Assembly (NCBI GenBank): GCA_904063045.1
Contig: CAJFCJ010000002.1
Coordinates: forward strand, 1,054,001-1,118,000
Source of the DNA: Dimorphilus gyrociliatus
Lineage: Eukaryota; Animalia; Annelida
Direction of reading: 5' to 3'
DNA: 64,000 nt
Position 1 is the first letter of the stretch. Every line of letters begins with the position of its first letter. Of this stretch, positions 1 through 13,301 are shown one piece after another. A model generated the notes under the pieces. It did no database searches and was not told where the DNA came from. It saw nothing but the letters and a program-made list of their open reading frames with translations. The position numbers were made by a program, and so were the translations under genes.

Positions 1-372
1 CTCAGAAAAGTACAAACTAAGAATGTTACGGCGAACGAATCGTCAAGCGATAGCGAAGATGAACTCCCTCGTTCAATAACCACATCATTTAGTGCAACAA
101 ATTCACCAGGGCCTCTTTCACCTGGTGCAACCTCTGTTGATGAGGTACCTCCTCCTCCATCCGGCCATCCGGATACATGGACTGTAAATGATGTTTATGC
201 TTTCGTTAAAAGTATTATTGGCTGTCAAACCTATGCCGATTGCTTTCGCCAAGAGCAGATTGATGGTCAAGCCTTGCTACTATTAAAACATGAGCATTTA
301 ATGTCTACGATGAATATGAAACTTGGACCAGCCTTAAAACTCTCGGATTTAATTAAAAAAATATCAGAATAA
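1..372 (+). CDS. ph: 3' end (partial) of polyhomeotic-like Polycomb protein, C-terminal SAM domain
   Basis: Frame 1 is open from base 1 to TAA at 370-372 and reads ...PDTWTVNDVYAFVKSIIGCQTYADCFRQEQIDGQALLLLKHEHLMSTMNMKLGPALKL. This matches the Ph/PHC-type SAM domain at the extreme C-terminus. Confidence 0.85.
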   Translation, partial: LRKVQTKNVTANESSSDSEDELPRSITTSFSATNSPGPLSPGATSVDEVPPPPSGHPDTWTVNDVYAFVKSIIGCQTYADCFRQEQIDGQALLLLKHEHLMSTMNMKLGPALKLSDLIKKISE

Positions 373-1016
373 TTGACATTTGTTGTATTTTTGTACTTTT
401 AAGTTTTCTTAACATTATACAAATAGAAATTTCTATCCACAAAATATGAATATACTACCAGTTTCTCCGACCTATTTTTTACCTTCAAACTCTCAAAATA
501 GCCAGCTCCTAACCTTGTTTAGAAAGACTAAGTTTTTGACAAGGGAAGTTCCATGCAGGGAGAACTAACACACGAACGAATGAAAAAGCGTAAACGTCTG
601 GAATCAACTAGAGGGCAAATTGTCTTAGAAAGAAACCATTATCTGATATGACATGTCATCCCAGGTTAGATCAATTTTGTCCAATACATTAGGCTTTTAT
701 GACTGCTTTAGGTCAATTAAATATCATTCAAACCAAAGGCTGGGATCACTGACTAAACATGCACTGGATGAAAGCTTAATTTCTAAAGCCAATCTTAAGA
801 AGAGATGGGTAAATATGATTTGAATTACGGTAAATATTTTCTAATGCTTTAATTTATATATTGCTATTTTCGCTAAATCTACATTAAGCTTAAAGCTTGC
901 AGCTTAAGTTAGCACAAAAACTCATTTACAGTTCTATTTAGTTAAAGGGTGAGAAAATCGTTAGGCATGAAAAAGGGATAAGTGTCTTTTTACAAATTTT
1001 TCATAACTTCCACCTA

Positions 1017-2091
1017 TCAAACAAAGAATTGTCTACTGGAACTACGAATGGGTGGTGCCAACCTAAGATTATAATCGTTTACACTTAAACCTTGTTCTTG
1101 GAGAAAATTTACAAGTGATGTTAGTGTTTGTCGGACGGGACTAACAGTGATATTGATCTTTTCCTCTTCTGTTGTTAAAAGCAAAACACCAGGCATCCTT
1201 ATCAATTGGGCCAGAATTCTTCTGGTTTGATTTCCATTATCAAACGTTTCTCTTCTAGAACGTCTTGCCTGTCTCTGATCAACTGAGCGCATACGACGGT
1301 TTTCTGAATTTCTGTCTACTGAACGGCGTCTTGGCATGCTCCTAGACCTTGATGGTCGGTGGTATTCTTCATTTAGCTGCTCTTGTGTGATTTCTAGTTC
1401 AGATAAGATCTCTGTTGCAAGAGCGTGAATAGTTGCTGTATCTGCAGAACTCCCCGCGGATATTTCACTTGAAGGCGAGGAGGGAGATCTATTCCTCTCT
1501 GGGGGTCTAACAATTGGTTTAACTAAGCCGACAGGCTTAGGTTCATTTAAGTTTCTAACAGGAGTAAACGGCCCTGTTTCTGAATGATTAAATTCCTTAA
1601 TTTCGAAATTACGATTGTTATTACTGTCAGATCCAGTCTGTCGTCTTATAGACTTTCTAGGCGAATATGTAATCTTGGGTGTGCCTTGACTCAATGAACT
1701 ACTTTCCTCGCTCCAGCTGATTCTTTCTACCTGTCTATCTGCTGATAATAATTTAAAAGGCTTGAGATGACTATTCGAGCCGACTTTAATTTCAATCGAG
1801 TCACAATTTTTTAAGTTTACATGATAGTGGACGTTGGTGATATTTTCTTCCTTTTGTCGATTTTCGGAACGGTCATTGTACTGTGAAAGATTCAATTCAT
1901 GTGACTCTAAAGAAAGTTGACCAGTAGAAAGAGATTTGCAAGGAGAGAGCGAGTTATCAATATACTTCTTCTTGTCTCGCTGATTAAAGCAAAAGATAAA
2001 CAAGCTTTTAAAAGAAAAATACGGCTATTACCTTGAATTTACTTATCACCTTCTTGAATAGCCCTTTCTTTCTATTTGGTGAATTATCCAT
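1017..2091 (-). CDS. Uncharacterised Ser/Arg/Pro-rich protein, 2 exons (2032-2091, 1017-1979), about 340 aa
   Basis: Long ORF joined in frame to an upstream ATG exon (MDNSPNRKKGLFKKVISKFK) by a 52-nt GT-AG intron at 1980-2031. No family recognised. Confidence 0.65.
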
Positions 2092-2753
2092 TTTTGTTAT
2101 TGACTCGAACAAACAGGCTCAATTGATATTAAAATTTTAATGAACTAGACTTGACAGGCTTCTCTTGAAAAAATCGCAAAATGGCCTTCGGCTAACACAG
2201 TACACATACTTAATGCGATATAAAATCAAATTTGATATTTTTGCTTACATTTTTCGATTTCATTCAACACATGCTCTAACCTGTCAAGATTGTCGAAAAT
2301 TTTCTATATGACTTGTTCGTTTCAGCACGTGCCCCCCGTCGTCTGCTCTCAAGCTGTGTGGTTGCTAGTAGAAACCAATAGAAAAGGTAAACCAGTTCAA
2401 TTCCTCAACTTTTATAGCTTGCATTAATAATGATGACTAATGCATTCATGGAAATCCCGATCGTTATTAAGCGATTGAGCGGGTTAATGATTTACAAATA
2501 TAGTTTTCAATCTGAAATATTCATACCCTAGGAAAACGAAAATATCAACGCCATCTATGATCTAAATGTTTCCTATTTTGTTTCAGAAACAATCCATTTG
2601 TTTTGGATCGATTGAAAACAACGGGATAACCGAATATGTTTTTATTTATTACGTTGGAAATGGAGCTTTATGTGTATTTTATAATCATTTTAACACGATA
2701 TTTAAAAAGCAATATTTAGATTTCTTTTTTTTGTATTCCAAGCCTGTTCTTAT

Positions 2754-3567
2754 CTATGAAAGCCTCCTACTTAACCACAATCCTAAACAGAATGCTCCCA
2801 CGACGGTTAAGGAAGCACCGAGAATAGTAACTGTCGTCTCTGCTGAAGGCAAATAATCGGTAATTGTAGTCGTAACTCCTTCTGGCACCAAATGGAGGAC
2901 TGTTCTCTAAAAATAAGAGAAAAATTTATGAGAGTATTTTGAGTTGGATATTTTTAACTTACCCATCCACCATTTCTCGCTATCCACTCCGAAATATGTT
3001 CAGCGGATAAAAATCGAATGACGTATTGCGTCACATTTATAAAAAATTTTGACCAGTTTCTTTGTAAAACGTAAACGCCAACTCTATATCCAAAATACAA
3101 AAGTGCTACAATTTGACCCCAATTGATCTCACCACGTTGTATGATACTGTAGGAAATTGATATAAGATACAGATTATACTATTTAAAATAAATCTCTCTA
3201 CTTACTGCCTTGCAACTTGAGCGAATTGTTCATAAGCTGTCTCTTGCGTCATATCCAGTTTGTCAATATATTTATCAACTTTATTTCGCTTTAATCGGAG
3301 AGTGTCGCTAATCTCCGCAAGTCTTCTACCGATTTTCGCTTCGACGCTTAGTGGATCTGGTATTTCTACAGGTGGAACAGGAGTTAAAGGGTCGTGCGTA
3401 CGATGCATTTCATGAGTAAAATGGGTGAAAATATCGCCGGCTTGTCTCTCAACATTATCGGCTGTATCAGGCTGAATGTCTTCTTCGTCGTCTATTTTGA
3501 GCACCGGTCTTTGTGTTTCATCATCGTTGCCGGAAAAATCATCGCCCTCTCCATTCCATGAGGCCAT
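2754..3567 (-). CDS. BAK1: Bcl-2 family multidomain protein, BAK-like, 3 exons
   Basis: BH3-like IGRRLAEISDTL, BH1 INWGQIVALLYFG, BH2 WIARNGGW and C-terminal TM anchor ILGASLTVVGAFCLGLWLSRRLS*. GT-AG introns keep the frame. Confidence 0.8.
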
Positions 3568-3793
3568 GACGTAAGCTAAAAGGTTTAATTACAGATTTAA
3601 GATTGTAAACAATTAAACTAAATCAAAAATAGGTATAACGCTCAGGCTTACTATATGGACGGAGATTTTGTCAACATCCAAAAGCTTTCTAATACACTCT
3701 ACAGCGGAATAAGAGATATCACTTAACGCTATAGTAGCAGAAACGATCGAGTATCTTATTGAGAGAAATTGAGACAACCATTAAATGACGTGT

Positions 3794-3808
3794 TTCCGGA
3801 ACTTCCGG
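3794..3808. promoter_or_regulatory. Paired ETS-type sites (TTCCGGAA / ACTTCCGG) upstream of the BAK-like gene
   Basis: ttccggaacttccgg lies about 230 bp 5' of the BAK-like ATG. CCGGAAGT is the canonical ETS/GABP motif. Confidence 0.45.
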
Positions 3809-3873
3809 GATTCTCCGACGCGCGAAATTCAAATTCTATGTAAATAACTACACTGGTGTATTTTTCAAAATTC

Positions 3874-4633
3874 TTAAAAATTTACTTTCTGATAAAAAAT
3901 ATAGATCAAAAAGAGAAGTAAAAAATTTGATGACATCATAGAGGATCGGCACCGGGGCAAAGATGATATTGTTGCATCTTCCAAGACATTCGAAAAGACT
4001 TCAGTCCAGTAAATATTCGCCTTCTGGACTATAGTGGCCCTTTGAAATATATTAATTTTTATTTACTTTTATTATGTGTACTTGTAACAAAAAGACTTAC
4101 TGAAATATTATATGTCCGTTGGGTTGGTTTGGTGCCTTCCAAAATAATTTTTCATTGTGCTTCCAAGACCTAGAATAATGTGTTACAGCTGATTGTTTTT
4201 TACCAAAACAATCCAAATACTTTAGAGCGTTTCCGACAGGTTCGTTATTCAACTTTAACAGAAATTCTCCCACAGCATTTTCTTCCATGTGGTACCCTGA
4301 ATCGGTTTTACACGAGACCTTTCTAGCTTGCAAAAGCAATCCACTGAAATAGATGTGACCCAAAGTTTGATTGGCGGCAACCCTAATTGTTATTTGATCA
4401 TTCTTGTTGTAGATGTACTTATCCAAAATAATTGAATATGGAGGTTTCCTGGGTCTACCTTGGATAGGTCGAATGTTTATAGGCAGTTCAAGATGACCCT
4501 CCAAGTCAATGCTTTCATAACTTCCTCTCCTGAATGAAGGTTTCATGTTTTTACAAGCTGACAAAGGGGCTCCATCAGGTAGTGATTGGATTAGTGGTAC
4601 TAAAAGGATTAATATTTTGATTTCGCGTAACAT
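3874..4633 (-). CDS. Secreted or GPI-anchored Reeler-domain protein, 2 exons
   Basis: Signal peptide MLREIKILILLVPLIQS, Reeler motifs LPDGAPLSAC..M.P, FSGLLLQAR, AVTH and FWKAP. Exon 2 reads ATIVQKANIYW and ends in a hydrophobic tail (NFLLLFLIYIFYQKVNF*). Confidence 0.8.
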
Positions 4634-5070
4634 TTTTTTCACCTGCACAATAGAAGTGATAACAGATAATAATCTATTTATGGACAGATGGCGCTTTTTT
4701 TAAATAAGAAGCAAAGCCGATTAATAGGTCTATTATTTTATTTGTATTTATTAGAAGATCAACGACTACGATATTCAATATTTAGCTTTGTACCATAGTT
4801 TGTCTCTTTCGACATAGTTTCTCAAAATAACGAGGCGGCGCGCGTTAAAAACATTAAAGCGGGTTAGCTCTATATATAGGAGCGCACACACTTTTCTGTC
4901 GCCGCCTTATGAATTACGCTGAGAGAAGATCGAAAACAACCGGTTGAATACTACTATACCTCTCTATAGTATTTAAGTAAACATAAGAAGGCAAACGGTG
5001 GCGTTAGTTAATTACGAACGAGAGACGGATTAGCTCTCTACAGTCCGACTTCTCATCATCTTTCTTTATC

Positions 5071-8000
5071 ATGATTGTTCTACATTTATTTTGCGTCATC
5101 TCTCTTCTACTTATCTACACATCTACTGCCCAAATAGAAGTTCACCGAGGAGGTAGTGTTAACTTAGACGAGGTTATTGCCGCCATCTTTGGTAATCTTA
5201 AAGGGGAGAAGGATTGTGTTTATGAAGCTGAAACAATGTACCGATGCCGCCGCATCGGCTCTATTCGACCGAAGGTAATCGTAAAACGAACGCGACAAAT
5301 GGTTTTTGCAATTTCTTATTTGTTTTCGTTGTTTTCACTTCAAAGACGTGTAAGAAATCCCCGTTGTAGAAAAATAGTATTTACACTTGCGCATATAAAT
5401 TTGTTCTTAACGGCGAACCGGGGGGAATTGATCGAATCATGAAAAGTAAATTTTCTCTCGCCCGGCCAACCGAAATTACTCTTTTCAACATTTGAATTTT
5501 GCAATTCACAGATTTTTCCATGTGACCTGACAAACGTTCGTGTGGTCTACACTCATAATGGCTCACCTTTTTTCGACCGTTTCCAAATAGAATTTAAACG
5601 ATACTCAACCAACAATTCAACAATTAACGTTCAAAAGTTTACGTTAAATTTGACTGTAATTGAACCAGTTAACTCTGTGTTCAATATCCGTCAAACACTT
5701 AAAGTCACAATTCTTAATGTTAGCAAGCCAATCGACGACACTTTCCTTACGTTCCGTTACGACTATTCTCAAATATTGGACACTTGTGATGTGGCAGTTG
5801 GAGACGAGGAATGGCCAGCTTACGGTAGCCTACAATTTCAAGGGGATTGCAAAGACTTTCTGCTTGTTTCAGCTGTTTATAATCAGACAAAACAGCCCAA
5901 TCCCGGTCTTGATTATATACCTATAAAAGCGGTTATTGAGAAAAAAGATAGTATAGCCAGTAACGAGATCTTCTACCTTCCCGTTAATATTGTTGGACCT
6001 TTTCATAATATTGCACCTGAAATTCATTGGAAAAAAGACGAAGTAATTTTAAAATCATCTTCCTCTTTCCTTCTTGACCATCACCTTCTCACCGTGAGAG
6101 ATCCGGACGGTGACGACGACCGACTGCTAGTAATCGAAGTGATCGATGCGGGAGACACCATAATTACTTTCCTCCATGCTGATGGTCAACACGTCACCTG
6201 CTTTTCAGCAGCTCAGTTAAAACGCGGTCAGATCATTATTTGGGCGCCAAGTATTCGATACGATAAGGTTGTGAAATTAAGGGCTCGAGCTAGAGACCGG
6301 TGGCTATTATCTAGTAAAATAGCAACAATTCGTATCCGAATAGACGCTTCTCCATTTCAAAGACTGGATGCGTGGGCCCAAGGTGAATTACTCGTAAGAC
6401 GGTTTGGAATTGTTACTATCAATAACCTAAAAGTGATCAGCTCGAATGAAAACGTTAGAATATACGTAAAGGCACTACCTGCGTTAGGTAGCTTATCAAT
6501 TAATCAAGAGATTTCCTTAGAAGATTTGAGAAAGGGCCGCCTTAATTATCGACACCAATCGACGTCAGAGAAATACCACGATCAAATAATCTTTACAATA
6601 TTGTCTTCGCAGACTACTAAACAAGTCATAGTATCAATTCGAATAGTTTCGTTAGAAATTCCAAAAATTCACATAATTACGCCCGATAAACCCATTAAAA
6701 TTAATGAACAGACTCGAATAACCAATCGTCATCTGTCGACTAACGAGATGGACGGGGAGGATGTTATTTTCAGAATAGTTCAGGAACCGAATTGTGGACG
6801 AATTATTAGAAAAACTAGAGATTATCAAAGTGGAAAAACGATAGTTTCCGATTTCTCTCAACATGATATTCGACTCGGTCGAATATACTACAGTCCAAAA
6901 ACAAGCATAAACTGCCATAAACGGGATTTGATTATCGTTAAGGCAAGAAAATGGTGGAATAAGGGAAAATGGTCAGTAGAAAGAAAAGTTCGCTTTAAAG
7001 TCAGAGTAAAAACAACGTCTCCCACCGATTTAATTAAAGCATATGCAGGTGCACCTGATTCGTTAGAGATTCCCGAAACACATATGGCTCGCCTTTCTTC
7101 TTTATTTTTCTATTATGAGCCATCAAATGTACTCTTTCGCATCGTCAAACAGCCGTATTTTAGCGGCTCGAATGATACAATCGACGCTGGAATAATTGCA
7201 TTAATTCACGACTTGAATGAACTTCGAAGCCGAATAAACAGCAATCTTTCCTTAGCTACTGAATTTAGTAAAAATGATATTAAAAGAAACAGAGTAATAT
7301 ATTTTCCTCCATTCGAAGATATTGGTTATGAAAAGCGATTAGTAACATTTGCATTTCAACCTTTCATTGGAAAGCATAACGGGGCAATCCGTATCATCCG
7401 GATTACCTTATTACCAGTCAATAATAAAGCACCACAAGTTATGCCAACTAAATTAGCTCTACAGCAAGGCTCTAAGATCTCCTTTAATTTAAATATTTAC
7501 GATGAGGATACCCGTGATGCTGACATTCGTATTCAACTAAGAACTCCACCAAAGGAGGGATCTGTCATATTACTCTCAAATACCTTAAAATCTGGCCAAT
7601 CGTTTTCGTTGGCCGATACGAAGAAGGGCTCCTTGATATATATTCACGACAACCGGTCATTATCGATAAGGGATCAAATTTCAATAGAAGTTGACGATGG
7701 TCGACACAAGGTAAACTCTTCTATAGACATCGATATCCAACCACATACCCATGAAATAATTAAATCTTACGCTCAAACTATTCAAGTTGAAGAAAGAGGC
7801 TCTGTTCAGATTTCATCTCTTAATATATTTAAAAAAGAGAGGCGAGTAAAGTATCGACTAATTCGTCCACCAAAGTATGGTACTTTAAACTCATCTTTCA
7901 GCCAAAGAGATATTTTAAAAGGCAAAATCCTTTATCAACACGTCTCGGGAGAGATTGGAGCCGAAGAATTAACCGACTTTTGCCTTTTAGAAGGCAAAAC

Positions 8001-10503
8001 AAAAAAACAAATTCGTCATGTCAAACTTGTTTTCGTTATTATTCCAATTGATAAGAAATCGCCTGTTATTAAAAATGCTAGTCCTCTATTTATAAATGTA
8101 AATGGAGATTCTTGCATAACAAATAATGAATTAACCGTTGAAGACCCTGACTCATTGCTAGATTATGTCAATTTCGCCATTATACGTCAACCCCGATTCG
8201 GAGCTTTATTGAAAAGGAATTTAACACAAATATTGTGGCATTTTTCATTAAAAGATATTTACGAACACCGAATTATTTACCGAACTGCTAAAGGAAACAA
8301 AGGAAGGAAAGATTCCTTTGAAATTTATGCAACAGATGGGAAAAATTATTCCCCACCTACTACGATTAATATATTGAATAGAAAAGAAACAAAAGTTATG
8401 GCCGATTCGATTAAGGGAAAATTTGTAAAAAATTCTTTTGGCCTTAAAAAGAATTCCCTAAGAGTTGTAGAAAGACGAGAAACTGCTCTAACTGAATATC
8501 ATTTGAGTATTTCGGGAGCCAGAACTATTCCAGCGGCTGATATCAAATATACGGTGACAAAAGCACCAACTCTTGGAATTTTGCATTATATAACAGATAG
8601 AGGGCGTAGCGTGACGTCTTTTACACAGGCGGATATTAATGCCCAGAAGCTGGCTTATGCACATCATTCAAAATTAGATATAAATTCTGACAGGTTTAAT
8701 TTTTCAGTTAGAATATCTAATAGTAAAGTAATAGAGGACAATTTACTAATTCAAGTAAAATGTATTGATGTAGAATTGCCGACTGTAACGGTTTTTCTAC
8801 CATTAACAGTTGGACAAGGGGAAAAGAGTAAAATAAGTAGAAAAAATCTATTTACATCGGATCCTGATACTGATTCAACTCAGATTATATATAAGATTAT
8901 ATCTCCACCGTTTAATGGACAAATTCTTGTGGGTAATGATACTGTAAAGAATAACTTTAGTCAATTTGCAATCGATAATGGAGACGTTTATTATAGAAGC
9001 GATGGTTCGGATAATTCTATTGACTTCTTCCTCCTTCACCCTTCAGACTCACACAATTTAGGGTTTCTGCGCAACGAGACTGTAATGAAAACATCACTCT
9101 TTTTCACAGTACTCATTCAGCCACCAACTGTGTATGTACCTGTCATTCGCAATAAGATCCCCGATAAGATTCAATACTTTGACAAATATAGAAAGTATGG
9201 GTTTTTAATATCTGATTCATACTTGAAAGCTGATAGTATGGATGTGACATTTTTAATTCATTCCACGACTACGCAAGGTTATATTTATGATCTTAAGGAA
9301 AAGAGCAGAATTTTTAATAATTTTACTCAAAAGCAAGTTGATGATGATCAAATAGCTTTTCTACTCAATAAGAATACTTTAAGAACGGAAGACTCTTTCA
9401 ATTTCACAGTAATATACGGACATGGACATTCATTGCCTAATAATCAATTCAAAGTCCAATGGTCTACAGCTATTTTCTCCAAAACCAGACATATAATTTG
9501 CGAAGATGTTGGCCTATACGATATACTTATTCAACGATTAGGTAAAAACGATATAGAGGCAAATATTCGAGTGAAAGTCAAAGAAATTACTGCAAATACA
9601 TTGTCGGATTTTATACCTGTTAGTCCATCTATTGTGCATTTTGATGTAAAACAAACGGTGGCCAAATGGACAATACGAACAGTACTTGATAAAGAAACTG
9701 AAAAGAATGAAAGATTCGAATTAGAGTTGATCGATGGCGAAAACGTAGTTGTCGGATTTCGTAAAAAGGCCTCTATAGAAATTGTCAATTTTGACAGAAA
9801 AAAATGCGATGAATATATCGGTATGGTGACATCTTTGTCGAAATACGAGAATGAAGCGATACCGCGAACAACCAGGAGCCGATATAAGAAACGACATAAG
9901 AAGCTCAAAAGGAGAAAAGAGAGAAGCGGAATGGTAAATTTAATTTTTGTTTTCTTGATCTCTTGCTTAATTTTTAAATTTTCACAGAGCTGTGGGCGAG
10001 ATTCACTTAATTTCGTAAAATTAGATGTGAAAACGTCAAAAACGTTCAGATGCAACGGAGTTGAATGGGAAGAATGGAATAAAGAGCTTGATTCCCAACA
10101 AAGAAATGATCAAGTGACAATGACCTGTCCATTCGGTTGGATAAATCAAATAAATGGCGCCTGTTACAAGGTCTTTCGAAAACGACTCAATTGGATTGAC
10201 GCAAGAAAAGAATGTGCGAAAATTGGAGGAGAGTTGCCCAGAATTAGGAACCATAATCATCTAGCTCGATTGCTTACTTTAATGAAAAGACCTTTTTGGA
10301 CTTCTATTAAATATATTGAGGGCCGTTGGGTATCAATTGGAGGTAAATCGGTGAATTATCTTCGGTGGAAAAGAGGATATCCTCGTAAGCATAAGAGGAG
10401 AAGGCTCCCTAAAACTTGTGTACAAGTTGACGGTCGGGGACAAATGGTAAATCGTGTATGTAATGGAAGATCATATTTTCTTTGTTATCAAAAAGCAGCT
10501 TAA
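5071..10503 (+). CDS. FREM1: FRAS1-related extracellular matrix protein, FREM1-like (CSPG/cadherin-like repeats, Calx-beta, C-type lectin)
   Basis: Signal-peptide exon 5071-5274 splices to 5511 (RPK|IFPCDLTNVRVVYTHNGSP). Repeated F(S/T)QxDIxxGxxxY CSPG motifs, Calx-beta (FDVKQTVAKWTIRTVLDKETEKNERFELEL) and terminal CTLD (CPFGW..CY..NWIDARKEC..C). Probable intron at 9934-9987. Confidence 0.85.
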
Positions 10504-10716
10504 TGTAAGTTCCTAGTATGTATTGTGTATAGTATATTGTTTCTTACGCCATCTATTGGCTGTGCTTATTAGATCGTATCGCTTCGTCAGAACATTTATC
10601 TAGTACGATTGATGGAGGAAAAGTGCTAGAAGATTTCCACTTATGTTGTATTTAAAGCAATGTATATACATACGTAGTAGTAGATCTAAAGACTTATTAA
10701 ATGTAAACTTTGTAAA

Positions 10717-11777
10717 TCACAAAACAGTAATTTGACAGAGCTCCTCCCCGCTTTCTACATTATTATTTTCATTAGAGGGACGCCGCTCACGATCGTCTAC
10801 TGGCCTCCATAAGTTATTTTTCGATGTTTCTTCTGTGTCGTCTGCAGTATTATTTTCCGTCTCTCCTGGTTCTTTTCGCCGTCTCTTTGAACCAATAGCT
10901 ATAGGAACTCTGAGTGACTCTGATGTAGTTTCTGATGCTTCTTCTTCTTCTATAATTGGTTCGAAAATTGTTGTTTTTGTAGTTGATTCTGATATTTTTC
11001 TATCATTGACAATTTCGTTGGGGCTTGTTCCATCCTCTGAACCATCGTCACTGCAAGAATTTTCACGCTCCTTTCTAGGCGATGTATTAGGCTTATGATG
11101 CCAATGAAAGAGGTTAGCAAGAGACATACGGCGATTCATATTTGAATGCCGGCGCTTGTCGTGACCTTTCCCAAGAGCTACAGCAACCATCGGAATGATA
11201 CTCTGCTTAAGATTTCTATATTGCTCTCTTGCTGTTTTTTCTCTTAGGTTAGGAAGCTCTCTCATGTACTTATCAATAGCTTTCTCGTCCAAGTATGTCG
11301 TGTAATCCGTACGTTTCTAAAAAGAACATAATAAAAGTATTCACTTTATAAAATCATAAGTACCAATAATCAAGGAATTCAAATATTTGCTTGACTGCTG
11401 TTGAAAGCTTAAAAATCGAAAGGTTAGAAGCTGCGGGCTCGTTCGACCAGCTGCATGTACACGTTTTTAGAAGCAGAAAAATCTATACACAGATGTCTAA
11501 CTATATTCGACGAGGAAAGATAAATGATTATTTAATGCAGTTGACCGTTTCAAATTACCTTAATATGACTTGCTATTAGAAGAGTGATAGATAGAGTATA
11601 GGTAAATAAAACGGCGACGACGTAATACATGGCTCCGGAACTATCCTGCTTTTCTTCGTTCCTCTCCGTAGAAGTACTAAAGTTCAATTCTACACCGGAT
11701 GATTGATCAAATGATAAAAATCCATTCAATGTTTCATTCCTATCATTCGTCAACCAAAAGCGGTACTTTCCTGCCAT
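10717..11777 (-). CDS. Single-pass type III membrane protein A, KCNE-like, 272 aa (exons 11559-11777, 10717-11316)
   Basis: No signal peptide. N-glycosylation sequons NET and NFS, then TM YYVVAVLFTYTLSITLLIASHIK. A phase-0 intron joins the two ORFs in frame. C-terminus ITVL. Clear paralog at 13302-13975. Confidence 0.75.
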
Positions 11778-13301
11778 TTTTATTCTTAACAACCACTGCA
11801 GACTATATGTGCGCTTCTGTCAAAGCGAATTTATATTTTCGTTGGCAATATCCGGCGGCGGAGTTTTAACCCTTTTTTCGTTCCGATCTTTTCTTTACTA
11901 CTGCAAGAATTTAACCAGTGACAATTGTAAATTATACTAACACAATGGCATAAAATCAGTCAGCGCGAGAGTTATTTATTGCGCTTAATTACATCGAAAC
12001 TCCTGGAACGTTTCAGTCGTCGCCAAACCGCTTAATTTCGCATGTCGACTACTTTTTATACCTTTTCTGTTTCTATTTTTTTTTTTGCACTTTTCCCTTG
12101 AGTCTTTAAACTGGCACGCTAACGAGCGGCTTTCAATCGAAGCAGAGTCAGTCCCAATCGCTGTTTTTCTCCTAATCACAGACGGCGTTTATAGCCCGTC
12201 TCACAGTGCATCTAAAGCGTCTAAGCGTTCTAACAGCCTTGCCTTCCTTTATAAAGTCTACGCATGAATATGAAACCATTGTTAAAGTTTAATAAATGAT
12301 TTTTCCATTCATGTGTTTATTCTTAAGTAAATATAAAATTAATATACCAGTTAATCTCCAAATATATGAGGTCATATGAATGATATCCGTCTCTTCTCCT
12401 TTTCTAAAGTCGACTGGTGGCGCTAGCTATTATTTAACTTCAGCTAGATGGCGTTCTAATAGAATTGGGACGAAAATTTTTTTCAAATGAGGGGGTTTAG
12501 TATTATAAGTACATAGAGGATTTTCTGAATCAATCAAGTGGATTGAAAAATTTCTAAAAGTTCCATACAGACCAGGTATAATCCTTTGTTATTTATTACT
12601 GATCAATCAATCGTCTGATTGGAGAAAAACGATAAAAAGATATTCTCTCTCTGTCTAATCTCAATAATTGAGGATTATAGGCGAGAGGGTAATGCCAGAG
12701 TAAATGTCATTGACTGTGAGCGCATTTTTTTCTTCTCTCGACGCCATTCGGATCGTTTAGCAAACGTCTCGCAAGCAAAATATTTACCGAAGGTCGAGTG
12801 GATCTCAATACCTTTTTGTCTCAAAACGGTAAGTTGACGCAACCTATAAACTTCTTAACGTTGAGCAAACAATCTGTTTAGACAGATTTATTTTAAATAT
12901 ATCGATCAATGATAGTTCCACTGCGAATACGCTTGTAAAAATTCTATAAATAAAGAGATTCTTCACTCTTTAAGCTGCTAAGTATGCCGTAAAGTATCTA
13001 CAGCATGTAGACGATAAGCTGTTCATATACTAAGCATTCATGAATTCTAGCGCAGTCTGCTATATGATTCCTAAAAAAATATTCTTTGTATATATGTTCA
13101 GGTGGTGTTTGAGGATATTCCATACTTTGATATATAACAAAGTTCTTTATTTTTTCCTTTAGAATTACCGAAATGTTGAATATAATTATTTTAATAAGGA
13201 TATTGAGTTCATAGTGACGTTGCTAAGTAGACAGTCGCCTCGAGTTTCTACGAATAAGAGCCACCTGTTTTATTGCACACGATAGTATTCGAAATTGAAG
13301 A

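Noticed and set aside
5405-5475. GC-rich segment in FREM1 intron 1 considered as a tRNA or ncRNA
   Set aside because: No convincing cloverleaf or A/B boxes on either strand.
9531-10055. 174-aa minus-strand ORF and other antisense or alternate-frame ORFs (e.g. 19520-19822, 47933-48232, 59139-59615)
   Set aside because: They are shadows of well-supported genes on the other strand or frame and have no recognisable motifs.
11985-12267. Short ORFs between the KCNE-like paralogs
   Set aside because: No clear ATG start or splice partners; more likely UTR or promoter sequence.
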